From the NCBI GenBank assembly GCA_900541235.1, contig UQIW01000008.1, forward strand, positions 5,910-69,909: a stretch of 64,000 nucleotides of DNA, given 5' to 3'. How positions within the stretch are numbered: the stretch's first letter is position 1; each line of letters starts with the position of its first letter. The notes beneath the pieces are model-generated. The model saw only the letters and a program-made list of their open reading frames with translations. It did no database searches and was not told the origin of the DNA. The stretch comes from an uncultured Collinsella sp. (GTDB lineage: Bacteria > Actinomycetota > Coriobacteriia > Coriobacteriales > Coriobacteriaceae). The position numbers were made by a program, and so were the translations under genes. Below, piece by piece: positions 63,160 to 64,000 of the stretch.

Positions 63160-64000
63160 ATGAAGCTTCAGCAGCTCAGGTATGTCGTCAAAGTTGCCGA
63201 ATGCGGCAGCATCACCGAGGCCTCGCGCCGGCTCTTTGTGTCGCAGCCTTCGATTACCGCATCGATTCGCGATCTCGAAAGCGAGATGGGCGTGCACATC
63301 TTTGAGCGCACCAACAAGGGCGTCATTGTGTCCGAGGAGGGCGAGACCTTCTTGGGCTACGCGCGCCAAGTGCTCGACCAGGCCGATCTGCTCGAAGGCA
63401 AGTACAAGGGCGCGTCCGAGCAGGTGCCGCACTTTAGTGTGAGCTGCCAGCATTATTCCTTTGCCGTCAACGCGTTTGTCGACGTGATCCGCGAGTTCGA
63501 TGCCGCGCGCTACGACTTTACCCTGCGCGAGGAGCAGACCCACGAGATTATCGAGGACGTCGCGCATATGAAAAGCGAACTGGGCATCCTGTACCTGTCC
63601 GAGCACAATCGCGAGGTCATCGAGCGCATGCTGGTGGCCAACGAGCTCGTGTTCGAAGGACTCTTCTGCGCCACGCCGCATGTCTTCGTCTGCGCCGACC
63701 ATCCGCTGGCGGACCGCTCCAGCGTGACGCTCGAGGATCTGGAAGACTACCCGTTCCTGTCCTACGAGCAGGGCAGCTATAACTCGTTTTACTATTCCGA
63801 GGAGCTGACCTCGACGTTCGAGCGTCGCAAAAATATCCGCGTGCGCGACCGTGCGACGTTGTTCAATTTGGCCATGGGCCTCAACGGCTACACGGTATGC
63901 TCGGGCGTGATCAGCCACGAGCTCAACGGCCCCGGCATTATCTCGATTCCGCTCGACGTGGACGAGTACATGGAGATTGGCATCATCACGCGCAAGAACA
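63160..64000 (+). CDS. LysR-family transcriptional regulator (3' end beyond the window)
   Basis: MKLQQLRYVVKVAECGSITEASRRLFVSQPSITASIRDLESEMGVHIFERTNKG is an HTH. An AGGGAGAAAG ribosome-binding site is present. The ORF is not in the supplied track because there is no in-window stop. The opposite-strand 260-aa ORF is junk. Confidence 0.8.
   Translation, partial: MKLQQLRYVVKVAECGSITEASRRLFVSQPSITASIRDLESEMGVHIFERTNKGVIVSEEGETFLGYARQVLDQADLLEGKYKGASEQVPHFSVSCQHYSFAVNAFVDVIREFDAARYDFTLREEQTHEIIEDVAHMKSELGILYLSEHNREVIERMLVANELVFEGLFCATPHVFVCADHPLADRSSVTLEDLEDYPFLSYEQGSYNSFYYSEELTSTFERRKNIRVRDRATLFNLAMGLNGYTVCSGVISHELNGPGIISIPLDVDEYMEIGIITRKN

Overview
This is a high-GC (about 60 percent or more) bacterial chromosomal segment. 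Gene content suggests an actinobacterial, Coriobacteriia/Eggerthellaceae-like background, including LuxR-type and hybrid sensor regulators, LAXTG-type surface protein and atypical type IIA topoisomerase. I support about 55 CDS. Housekeeping genes include a type IIA topoisomerase B/A pair, prfC, ung, dus, trmO, trmL, rlmA, rsmJ and a thiM-ykoF-thiE operon behind a TPP riboswitch. The accessory layer includes a 1416-codon surface protein ORF whose Tat-type signal peptide sits in a different frame at a G5/T5 homopolymer site. It also includes three COG1672-type AAA+ ATPases, two of them bracketing a UvrA paralog beside a TetM-family GTPase. Two adjacent hybrid histidine kinases have SBP_bac_3 sensing modules. 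A two-component system sits next to a NapH-like 4Fe-4S membrane protein, a TlpA-like lipoprotein and a MacB-type ABC transporter, and there are several transporters. No rRNA, tRNA, CRISPR array, integrase or transposase gene was found. The non-coding layer is notable. Two related families of perfect palindromes share an AAAGGGACAG core and sit at gene 3' ends, often overlapping the stop codon. A composite MITE-like repeat occurs four to five times, and two copies bound an AT-rich islet carrying an orphan ribbon-helix-helix antitoxin-like gene. There is also a 181-bp TIR element, an array of ACTCGG-N6-CCGAGT operator-like palindromes, and a near-consensus sigma70 promoter. Many long ORFs in the supplied track are antisense artefacts of high-GC genes and were rejected.
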